Assembly (NCBI GenBank): GCA_963924565.1
Contig: OZ004613.1
Coordinates: forward strand, 16,306,001-16,370,000
DNA from: Ascidiella aspersa
Taxonomy: Eukaryota
Length of the DNA stretch: 64,000 bases
Direction of reading: 5' to 3'
The translations under genes were made by a program, and so were the position numbers. Shown in pieces: positions 46,401 through 58,400 of the stretch. Position 1 is the stretch's first letter; each line of letters opens with the position of its first letter. The notes below the pieces were generated by a model. That model was not told the DNA's origin. It saw nothing but the letters and a program-made list of their open reading frames with translations, and ran no database searches.

Positions 46401-49400
46401 GACAATTAATGGCGACTGCTTTCCCTCTGCCACACGCGTCAAACAAATTGTTACCGTTTTTTAAGAATTATTTTCCAAGTGACTCGTGCCGAGACTGCTA
46501 AGATCGATTTTATTACATTCCCTCAGTTCGATTGACATGCGTCCGAACAATGTTATTACATTTTTCAAAATGTTATTACGGTCCAGCACCCTTAAAGATG
46601 TGTGTTGAATTCGTGTTCGTGCAATAACAGTTTCCACTTTATTAAAGTGGCATATTCAGCGACGGAATCTTTTTGTGGCGTCATAGCTGATGTGTGGGTG
46701 TTGTCATAAAGAGTAATTCCTTTTGAAAATAATACAGTGCAGTGATAAATGGTTATGGAATGCCCGCGTTTCTCTACTCGTGATACGTAGCAGTTGAAGA
46801 GAATATCTAGGAGGGAGCTGAGAGGAGCGGAGAAGAGCAAACACACACTCGCCAAGACCAATTGAAATTTGTGTCACCAAACAACAGGAAATTTATTTTG
46901 TGTAAATAGAGCCTTTTTCGATGGTTCTCCTCCAGCACTTTGACCAGCTCTTAGCTTGCTCTTCATGATTAATTTATCTCCACAATAAATGTGTGTGCGC
47001 TACGGAACGTGCACGTGTATGTGCGTGTATCACTTCTCCAGTGACAGAGTAATATTGTTTTGCGTAAGATTGTCGGGGGCGACCAACTTTCTTCATACAC
47101 TAAAGCTGCCGGACGATAGTACTCGTTGCTGTAATCTTACCCAGGATATTTAAATCAAGTAATTAGATGTTAGAAAGAGCTAAGTAGTTATGAAATGAAA
47201 ACATTTACAAAAAATGACTGATATATTGAAAGCTTGGGTCACTACCACCTGTTGAAATGTAGCGACGTTTAATTGTCCTAATCACATCCCCACCCACTCC
47301 AAAACGCATGTGGTGGTAAACCGCAATTACTTCTCTTATATGTTTGTTAGTTGTTTCGAAACATGATTTAATTTATCTATAAGTCATCCCATGCAACCGC
47401 TCTTAACTTTGTTTTACCGTTTTAGTTTGTTTTAGGAAACCGCTATCCTTGCATCGAAAATAATACAAAACCAGTATAATCTGTATGCGGTTTTATCTGT
47501 AGCCTATCATTCCGTCGTCCTTCATACCATATGATAAACGCTCTGCAATATACGATAGATTTCTTTATCACAGCTTGTTGGTTTCTTTAAACAAAATCGT
47601 CTTGTTTACTCTTTAAGAAACATCTTCTAAACTCACTCGTGTTCGTTAGACCAAACTAAGTTTATTATTTTCATTTATACTTGCGTAAAATTGATGCAGT
47701 GTGCTGTGTGTAAAAAGGTTGAAAGGTTGAATGTCGGTGTAATTTCGCTTAACATGAAGCTTAGGAGTTTAAATGTTACGTAATCGGTAACGTTATAAGT
47801 CGCATTATTATGCGATATATTTTTTAACAGATTTTAGAACTGGCCAATTTAAAGCTACCATCTCGGCCACGCTATTTATTTTCATTAGGTTAAAACCTGT
47901 CCCGAAAACAGCTTGGGATAAAACTTTTTTAAAAGTAGTAATGTGTTGATCGACCAGCAAAGCTTTGGTGCACAGATGTGACTCAGGCGGATTAGAAATA
48001 CAATAGCAAGCAAGCGAAAATTCGCTATGTTTATTACATTGACGCGCATAAATTATTCAACTGGACATTTTGTATTTTACCAGCCGTTTTTAACCTTTAT
48101 AAAAAGGTTGAAATGCAGACAGTAGTAAATGGTTCGACTTGCTAAGGATAAAAAGTGCTTTGAAATGGGTTAATGGCATCTTGAATGGGCTCTGTCGCTT
48201 TTTGTGAAACGGAACCCAACCTGTACAACATGTTGATCGCCTTTCTTTACCCAACCGACTATGGCGCGCACCTAAATCCATCCAATTGCTCACAAAACAT
48301 GGCCAGGAAGTACAAACACGACACACCTAGGTATACACCGTGTTGTTACAATAGTTTTAATTATCGCCCGATTGCAAAGATTTTATTCTGATTTCGGCGC
48401 TCGATTCATCAAAATCTTAATCAACAACTAATTAATAGACCGAAAAACTATTTTAAGGCCAGCAAATGATTTTAGGCCTGAATACAAAAAAGTAGTTTTT
48501 TTGTTTTGTTTGTGGAAAAAAAGGACTTGTTCTATTGTAAACAATGAACGTTCTAGAAAAATATAAAACTGAACTAAAATTGCATAATCTCCCTAGAAAA
48601 TTAGTCAGTCGGCTTGGTAGATTTTAAGGCAACCCCGATGCCTTTAATTACGTACAACAAGCGCAAACCAGTCTAGTCAAGCTTGGTTTTGATTGACAGT
48701 CGGGCGCAATAATGCTTGTTGTGCCCGCGGCAGTATTATTTATGTTAATCCGCATTATGTCAAAGAGTCAGTTAAGTGTTAAAAGTTTGTGTTTGTCCAT
48801 AAATACGAAAAAAATATGTATAGATGTATTTTTGCTAGGAGTTTCGTCAATTATTTTCCGTAAATCGTTATAACAAAGACTGACCAGTGTAGGCGTTGGG
48901 AAAAAAATAAAAAATAAAAAAAGGTTTCTTTGCTTAAGTTTAAACAAGTTTTTGCTGATGTATTGTACATGCCTTTATCACATATGTTTTTGTTATCAAT
49001 ATTTCATTTTCTGTAATATCATGACAGTTAATAAAACTCACGTGCCAATTGGTTATTTTCCTAAATTAAACAGCCTTCAAAAGTCTAAAATGACGAAGGA
49101 TCGGTATTAAATTTTTGGTTACAACAAACAAGAAAAACAAGATTATGGCATTAATATTTTTATTGAAGTTACTAAAAAAAAAACGTGTATTGTATTCCAA
49201 GATAATGTTTTTCTGTAATACAGAATTAACTCTGTGGTTAACTCCGAAAAGGAAAACAGTAGTTTTATGGTTTACCCTTCACCAAATGGTTGGCCATCGG
49301 TCCTGAGCCTCTGTAAACAATGTTGTATGTGGTTGGTCATGAAAGTTTTAGAGTATTGTTATTCATTGGAAGATCTTAAACACTTTATAGAAAAAAACCT

Positions 49401-52400
49401 TGCAGTCTGCTTTTTCATTTTGCTAATTCACACAGAATAGTTACCCTATTGAAAGCATTTCATTCCAGCACATCTAATACAAAGCGAAAGTTAATAACCA
49501 ACACAAAGTTTTCTCTTTTACTTTTAAATTCTAAGTATGTATAACCATTAAATATTTTTTTAGCCTGGATCAAGCTCCTACATCCCGACTCCAGAATCAA
49601 TGCCTAAGCAAGAAAAACGAAAGGTAAATGAAGTATTTCAACTATTTTTTGCAAACCAATAAATATTTACTTGCAATTCGCGCCTAAAAATTTTTATTTT
49701 TTACAACTATATAGTTTAATTTATTTGTATTAAAATAGCTAGGCGCGACAAATTTAATTTATAGAACTTGCGCAATCATAATTTTTAGGGATGTCGTGCT
49801 TATCAAGATAGTTTAAAAATATGATCGTTTTTTAAATACGTTTTTTTGGTATAAAACAGAAAACGTAATGAAACAAAAAGAAAGACATCTCTTTTTCGGC
49901 CTAATCGTAATTATTCGTTCACAAACTTTGGGTCGATCATAATTCATAATTGCCAGCAGCAACAGAACAAGACAAAAGCGTTATCTGGACATCTTCGGCT
50001 TGAAGCCTCTGTCTCTCACGCTCTGTTTACCACTTGCCTCTAATTTCGGAGATCAGCAACCAAACATGTACACACATCTGGTTGTAGGTGCAAACAATTT
50101 AACTCGACAGAGCCCGGAATGCCAGGCACCAGTTTGTGTTCGGATTACAATGTTCATGTCTAAGAAGAATCTTGCTGTCAATTAGGCAAATACCAGCGTT
50201 AAACAAATCCTCACATTTCTTAATGAGAACCATTTAGCTGCAGTTTGGTTGCCACCGCAGATTTTTGTTAGATAGTTTGCGTAGTTTTGTCTAATATCGG
50301 TTTAAATCTCAACAAACTCAGAAGTAACGAATTTACTGGCGTATAATATCAAAGTAAGTCCTTTTATTACAAGCAAAATGTGATATTTTTAGCAAAAAAG
50401 AGAGTGTTATAAAGAAGGTTACCTCTAACAGTGTGACCGTGCGAAAAACGAAACTGATAATACGTTCGACGTTCGTTATGTGGCACTATTGCAGCAAAAT
50501 CTCCATTTTAACGTTTTTTTTTGTTAATCCTGTTTGAATATTTTAGTGGAATAAAAACTATATAAAGAAAACGAACCATTCTACGATGTTAAAAAGTGCG
50601 ATTTACGAGACAAGTACCAGAGGGATTTTTGCATACTAATCAAATATAGTATAAACATTAAAACTGCTCTTTTTCAGTATATGGTGATCAACTGCTCTTC
50701 TGACAATAGCTATTTTTAATTAAAACGTAAATTTGCTCGTTAATTTCCAGTGGCTATTTTGGATTGTAAAATTACCCAGTGCTTATGCCATAGTGGATTA
50801 CGATAAATATTATTGTTGCCAGCAGCTTTGCTAGAGTACAACATTTTTCCACAAAAAATCATAAAAACCACGAGGAGTAAATAACTTTTAAGTAAACCAT
50901 ATGCTTAAATTACATACCCTGTAAAAAGCTGTTGTTTATCGGCGAATAATTTTAAAATACAACATTTCTCGGATAAGCTCTTGACTGCTCTATAGTGGCT
51001 GGTAAATAATAATCTGTCGGCCACTTGAAGCAACAGTAAGCTAGCCAAGATTGGCATTTCTTAACGTGCGTTATATGATTATGGCTCGTTAAAATGTCAT
51101 TTTATTACGTTATACTATGCTACATCGAGTTACTGGTAAAAATACATTTATGAAGATTTTTTTCGCCGCTTGTATATTCAGTTACCATACACGTTATATA
51201 CTCTTTGATGTTCATTTTATTTCATGTTAAACTAAGTTATCACTAGCAATTTTCTTTCAATGGAATCAATTAAAAACCTATTATCGTGAGTTACCGGCCG
51301 AATATTTTTAAATGTAATTTGTCTAGCATGTTTCAAACTTGTTCAAACAAGATCGTGACGCAACACGAACACTGCCTTTTGTTGTCGCTGCTCCAGTTTG
51401 TCGCCTGTTTAAACGCACCCTTCATTCCCACAAGTCGTTATTACCTTGCGACGAGGCGAAAGAAAGAGAAAGAGGTAAACCGTACCTTGCTACTACGGCC
51501 CGGTATAGTGCGCGTACGTGCGGAACGAACGGTTGCCCGCTTTCTTCTCTTTACTCTCTTTCTTCGGTCGTTTGACCTCTTGTTTCCTGACGCTTTTGCC
51601 TTTGCGTATATCGACCCGGCTTCGTTGTCAGGCAGATGTGGTTTAAGCATATGCGGTTTCTTACCCACAGCGCCGCTGTATAGCGTGTTGAGAAGGCAGA
51701 TGCTTATGTGTGTAGACCGAAACTCTTTGCAAGCTGATTTAGTCCTGCTGAAATTGTGTACGGTCGACTGGTCGTAACATGCCTAGCAAAATATAAGAAT
51801 AGCTCGAGGCAGGTTAGAGATTGGGTTCACAGTAACTACTGTACTGTCCTGTCAAACGGCACATTCTTATTTTCAGATGTTGTTTTTTCTGCCTATCAAA
51901 GCACAAAAAATATTTTTTCGACTTTAGTGTAATTAGAGATCTGTATTTGGATCTGGCAAAGATATACCGAAACGCAGTAATGGTTAATCGATCGACTAAA
52001 TAAATACCGTTTGGTAGTGAGCTGTACCAGAGTAACGCCTTGTGAACGATAAAAGCACTCGCTAGCGCGCGTTTTGTTGCGCATATTGCATGTGCCTGCC
52101 AGAAGGATATCCTGCATTCTGCCTGTTCGTTGCATCCAGTCAACAACAGGCGCCTGGGTCGCGAATTAGCTGCTGTGTGAATTGAGTGTTCGTTTAAACT
52201 TTAGTCTATAGCAGTGGTTGTGATCGAAGTAACGTATAGTTCACTCTAACTGAGAATATTACTTGTTCTTTGTATAACTGACTTTTAATTGTCTGCAGTA
52301 TTTTGTACAACTCAGTGTTTGAGTTTGTTTATATTATATGGTATGTTGTGTTTTTGCTATCAGGAATGGTTTCCGTAAGAGTTCTCAAACACGGGATGTG

Positions 52401-55400
52401 TTATTAAACCGTAGCCAAATGATATCAAGTGAATATTACTGATTTACACTGTTCATATTTTCTAAGAAAGTTTAAATTAAAATATCGCATTTATCTATTC
52501 TGCCAAATGTTAAACGACCTTTTGCGCATCGTGTATCACGTTTGCTCTTGAAATAATTATAATGTTGAAAAAATAAGTGTTTAGTTGACTTTAAAGACTA
52601 GGTATTTATAGAAATGTTTTAAGTTAGGTTATATGGATGTTTTAGGTTTAGGAGGCGATCAAACGTTTGGTTACATACTTTGTTTTTGTGCCTCGCCACG
52701 AGCCAATTTGTTGCAGTCACGTGACAGTCATCACACGAAACTGCTGAGCTTGGACTGGCGACAGTTGTGTTTTTTTATTTATTAGTTCGGCTACGCTTCA
52801 CTGTATTGTACAAGCATTTTACGTCGGTTTTGTTGAGGTCATTTCGAAGCGTTTTGTGAAACTTACAATTTTGCCCTATTTTTTCGCGAAATCGGATTAG
52901 CATTTAACAGGCCATTCAGCAGACGGGCTTAAATTGTGTATTTAAATCAACCTTATATAGAACTAAAACACTTATTTTGCCTTCTTTCGATTGTGACGAG
53001 TTTTTAAAAACGCATATTTTTGTTCAGGATATAGATGATTTTGTGCCTAATGAACCGAAACGAACTAAAACCGAAGAACCTTCTGATCTACCTCAAGTAA
53101 GTGGATTAAACTTGTACCCACGTTTTATGTGGCATCCATATTAATATCATCACGTTTTTCATCTAGGGACTCGTCCACCCAACCTTGCACCCTAACTTTG
53201 CTGAGTTCGGCGATTTAAGCCACGGTCCGTCGCTCACGCACCAAACAAATCAGCAACAAGTGATTGAAAGCCAACACGAAAGTGTCAACCCTCCACATAC
53301 GCAGACCGGTAAACATTCGTTGACATACTAACTGTTTGTTGTAAAAGTTCGTATGTTTAAAGGTATAAAACTTCAACGGTAATCACCAGTTTCTGAATGC
53401 TCTACTTGAGAGTTGGCGTTACTGTTGTTTATGTTGTAACTTATAAATGTCCTGACGAATACTTAAAATGTGCATTATCGACAGGAAATCCTTCGTTTTA
53501 TCAAGGAGAGCAATCATTTCACACCGGGGGATTTCCAGCATCAGAACAAGCGTCAAGAACGGAAACAAACGTGCAAAGTAATCCCGGCGTTGAAGATTCC
53601 GACTTTATCAATCAAGCGTTGCAGGAGATCGAGAGCAACATCAGCGCAAACCAGACTCCACAAGCTGCGACTGGTGCAGGGCCCAGCTCTAACAACTCAC
53701 TAAATGACACTACCAACTCCGGTGGCATCGGAACCTCCATACAAGGGCAAGGTACGCCCTGCTCGCAACTTCAACAGCAACTACAGAGCCCACAACAGCA
53801 ACAACAACGGCGGGTTTCTCAGCATGAGAACGAATTCAATTGGAACCCCAGCATTCACGACAAGACCACTCCTCTAGCCACTGACCATTCGCAATTACCT
53901 GGCCGACCACCTCCGCCTACTGGTCCAGGTCCCGGATCAGGAACACATGAGAGTGATAAGTTGTTGAATAATTTGCGCAAATTCAATTCCCCAAACTCCT
54001 TTCATGGCCAGAGTAGTCCTGTAAAAGACCCTTCTGAAGCTGTAACAGCTCAGTACGCAAACACCGTGCTGACCAGGACGCAACAGAAAAGTTATGTTGC
54101 TGACCAAAGTATGCTCAGTGCAACTCCAAGTGACGGTTTAGAATCTACACTACCGCCATCGTTTGACAATCTCGACAACAGGCAATTTCCGTCTAATCCT
54201 GCATCGAGCAATATCCCACTACAGCAACCTTCCGGCGATTCGAACCGGTCTACCATGTTCCAGCCCGAAACTCCGCAGTATCACAGTCAGCAAGTCGGTC
54301 ATGTAAGACCAGACCAGGACCAAAGAATGCTTAGCGGTTCGTACAATCCAGTCGGTTATCCGCAGCCTAACAACCAATCGTACCAATCGCACGTCAATCC
54401 TGGCGCCCCTAGACCTTTCTCAAGGCCTCCTTTTTCAGGCAGCGTTGATTACAATAACGACAATCGATTTCCTTCTTTCCCGTCCAATGTACCGCAAAAC
54501 AACTTTGACACCAAGCTTGGTGGTCCCAATACCGAGTCGCACCCGCGATTTCAGTATCCACAGCAGCCAGCAAATAAACCATTTCAGCACCAGACACCAC
54601 CTCAATATGACTCAAATTTTAACCAACGCTCTGGTATGCAACTTTCCGAGCAAAGATTTCCCGCACCTCGACCCAACGTTATTGGTGAGCCGTCAATAGA
54701 TTCACCGATCCAAAACGGTAGCAGTTGGAACTTCAAAATGCCTTCGTCACAGTTACAAGGGCAAACTCAACACTCTCCCCACACGTCACCCCATGACGTA
54801 AATCACAAAGAAGGGTTAGTTCGTCCAAGCTTACATCCAGCTCAACCTTCGTATCCCAACTTACATCGACGAGCGAGCAGAAACCCTTCAGCTGAGTGTT
54901 TTCCAGCAACTCGACACTTGCCCGAACAACCGTTAAGCAACGGGAGTTCAAACCGCAGTCCTATGGTGCAGAACTCACCTGCTGGACCCGTCGTAACGCA
55001 CAGTCCATTCGCCAGTTCGGCGGCCAGCAGTCTTAGGAGTCCCGTGTCCACCCTAATGACAGGCTCTCCTGTTTCACAATACCAGGGTGCCACATCAAGT
55101 CCGTCTGTAGTCACTATGCCGCATTTATCGACTTCACCAAATGTAACCAATCACCACCAAGGTGAGGCCCCATCGATGTCTGCTAATCCACAAACATACA
55201 GACCGTGGCACGAACCCCAAGGCACCGCTCACCGTACACTTCCTCGTGACATGCATTCCGGTCACTACAGGAGTGAGGGTGCTAAACCGGAATCAATGTC
55301 ATCTGCTTCTAATCATTTTTTAGCCCAACCTGGCAGCAGTCTTAATATGCCACCTCATCAACGCGACGCCCTGTCTTTTTGTGCGAACGTTGACCGACAT

Positions 55401-58400
55401 CGTCCTTCAGTTGAAGGTGCTTACGTTGGCAACGGTTCGTTTGCTGCTGCCAGGTTATCTGTCCCAGACAATCAAGAGGGAACGGACAAGATAGGGCCCA
55501 ACCAACGCAGTTCTCAGGGTTACACGAGCTCGGACAAGGCGTTCGCCAACACTATGAATTCAATACTTTACGGCAAATCGTCCAAAGAACCACATGGCTA
55601 CAAGGCTGAAGCGACAGGGCAAAATAAAGCTTTGCCTGCTTCGTCACCTACTGACGCCCACTCCACCATATCACCTGGGGAGAGCGGGTACGATTCTGCC
55701 GAACTCTCGTCGGTGGTAAGCGATAATGCGTTACACCATAACGTGTTAAACGTGCCACCAAGAGGCAACGAATCACTCTCCATCGAAGGTGTGCTTTTGG
55801 AAAATGTCATTACCAGCGACCTTTCAAAAAACGCCTATGCGGCCTCGGTGGGATCGGAAAATCAGCAGGTGCGAGAGTCTAGCTCTGATGTCATGTCGAA
55901 GGCGTGGATATCTCAGGAATCCTCGACTGAGACAGGTAAGGTTAGTGGCGATGAATATTTATAAATGTCAAACTCGTTTATTAACTTTATCTAAATAAAA
56001 AAGGATTTTTTAGAAAGTATTTACGATTAGCTAAAACGTATATTAATCGTTTTCTGGTATGTTTCTTTGGTTTACCTTTGAGTTCTATACAATTAAATTG
56101 AAATATTTTTTTCAAGGCCATGTGAGCTGCACTCGAAACCTGCTGCCTGCCGAGGCCGCTTCAACTGTGGGCCATAAACCCACAGTAGCGTCCCCACAAA
56201 TACAGCCTGTGTCCACTACAAGTGTCGAAATTGACAATAAACTACCTCACCATTGCAAACCTGCAAGAAAGAACGCTAGTCTTCCTTTCGTATCGTCATC
56301 CATTTGTCAGTCTGTTAAAGGACGAAGCGTTTCTTTGGATTGCGAAGGGGAACCCCCAAAACAGATTGTCTCTCTTCGACGTTATAGCTACCAAGGCCCG
56401 AGTAATGCGACGCATTCCAATCGTGTTTATCCTGAACGTTTGCAGACTTTTTTTCAAACGAACAAACCGACCGTAAGCGTTCCTTTTTATTCAAGAACCA
56501 CCCCTACAACTTCGTTGTATTCCCCTAACTTTTGCACTCCACCTGAACGCTTTCCAACGTTTAGGGAATACCCCCTTGACACCCCTCCACAAACTCCTGT
56601 CGGGTCACTTCAACGAAATCAAAGTACGGAAAGCACACATTGCCAATTGCAACAACATTATGCACTCCCCACCCCTCCACACAGCGCTGATGAGCGTAAA
56701 ATAACTTACAATCCGCAGCGAGGGCTAACATCTGATGAACTGCGTGGCTATGTAGAGACTAGTAAAGGTCCCAACAACACATTGGTTAAAAAGTCCGTAT
56801 TTCCAGGATGCTCTTGCCTGCAAGGTACGCAAAAATATGAACGTTTAACAGCAAAAACTTGAGTGAAATATACCGACTACCAAAATTAATATGAACAAAC
56901 TGTTAATAGCAAAAACTTGAGTAAAATATACCGAATACAAAAGATAATATGAACAAACTGTTAATAGCAAAAACTTGAGTAAAATATACCGAATACCAAA
57001 ATTTGTATGATTTTTTTTTATATTATATATGTTTTTAAGATACTTTTGAGGACGATGCCCCTTATTATACCCACTTGGGGGCAGCTGCTGATTTTGTCGG
57101 GCTTCGAAAGTTGTTTGAACAAAGATGCGGGGTAACTGGAAAAGAACTGCGAATAGAAAAGGTGAAAAAATCTCAATATTGTTGTTCAAATGGAAACCAG
57201 TATTGCTTTTAGGTAACGCGAGGAATGTTTTTTTTTTAACTGATATTTTTTCTTTAGGTTCAGTATACCGGTAGAGAAGGAAAGACCTCGCACGGCTGTC
57301 CCATCGCCAAATGGGTAAGTTGTCAAACTTTCTCAAGTGTTTTAACATTGGTAAAAATCAAATAAGTTATTATTTTTGGCATGCTCAGGTGCTGAGGAGA
57401 TCAGGAGCCCATGAGAAGGTTATGGTGGTTGGCAGGAAGCGACCTGGTCACATGTGCCCTACCGCCGTTGTTGCCGTAGTGATTATGCTTTGGGATGGCC
57501 TCGAGAGGCCAATGGCCGACTTTGTGTACAGCAAGTTTGTTGACAACGTTCCCACGAACGGCGAGGCCACTGAGCGACGCTGTGGAACCAATGAAGAGTA
57601 AGTTTACTGTTAATTGGCTAGGTTGCCACTGAAACATAAAATTACATTAAATTTTATTTAAAGGTCGACTTAATATTATTTATAGCCTAAGCTTGAAGAC
57701 TTCGAGAGTTTTTTATGACCTAACAATTCAAAAAAATTATTAAACAAAGTTATTTTCTATTTTTTCACATTCCCGAAGGTCAGCTAGTGATATCTGTAGA
57801 TGTCATGACATAAAGTTTGTAAAAAAATGACTTTGGTAAAAGGCACCCTACTTATCACTAAATTATGTTTAAAAGAAACTTACAATAAGGTTTGCCAAAC
57901 TAATGTTGTTTGGGCATTTTTAGCCATATTTTAGTGCCAAAAATGCTGACATCCGTCTTCTTTGCAGGCGCACTTGTGCATGCCAAGGGTTCGATGACGT
58001 CACTGGTGGCGCGTCTTTCTCATTCGGATGCTCGTGGTCGATGTTTTACAACGGATGCAAATATGCAAGATCTGTCAACCCCAACAAGTTTAAGCTCAAC
58101 GGGACAAAAAATGGCGAAGCCGAAAAGCTGGTGGAAAACATTTGCGAGCGTTTATCGTCCGACATGGGCTCTCTATACAAGATGGCGGCACCAGACGCGC
58201 ATAAGAACCAGGTAATCCTTGTCTTTACAATAGGTTCATAAGAGTTTAAATAGTTTGATTTAAAGTTTTATTATAACGTAACCAATTTTTGTGCAAAATA
58301 TTCTTAAGACAATTAAACCATGGAATTCTTAGTCAATACTCAATACTCACTATCACTTTTACAGACTGAACACGAAGAGAAAGGAAGCGAATGTAGACTG

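Noticed and set aside
51286-51777. 163-aa ORF and overlapping ORFs as a nested gene
   Set aside because: Non-ATG start, no recognisable domain; ORF length is explained by locally high GC.
56845-57348. Minus-strand ORFs overlapping Tet or Tolloid exons
   Set aside because: Antisense shadows of real exons or repeat-derived, with no domain-like sequence.
58041-58046. TET inactivation suggested by SMFY instead of SMYY and other substitutions
   Set aside because: All Fe, 2-oxoglutarate and Zn ligands are intact; the Tyr-to-Phe change is conservative.
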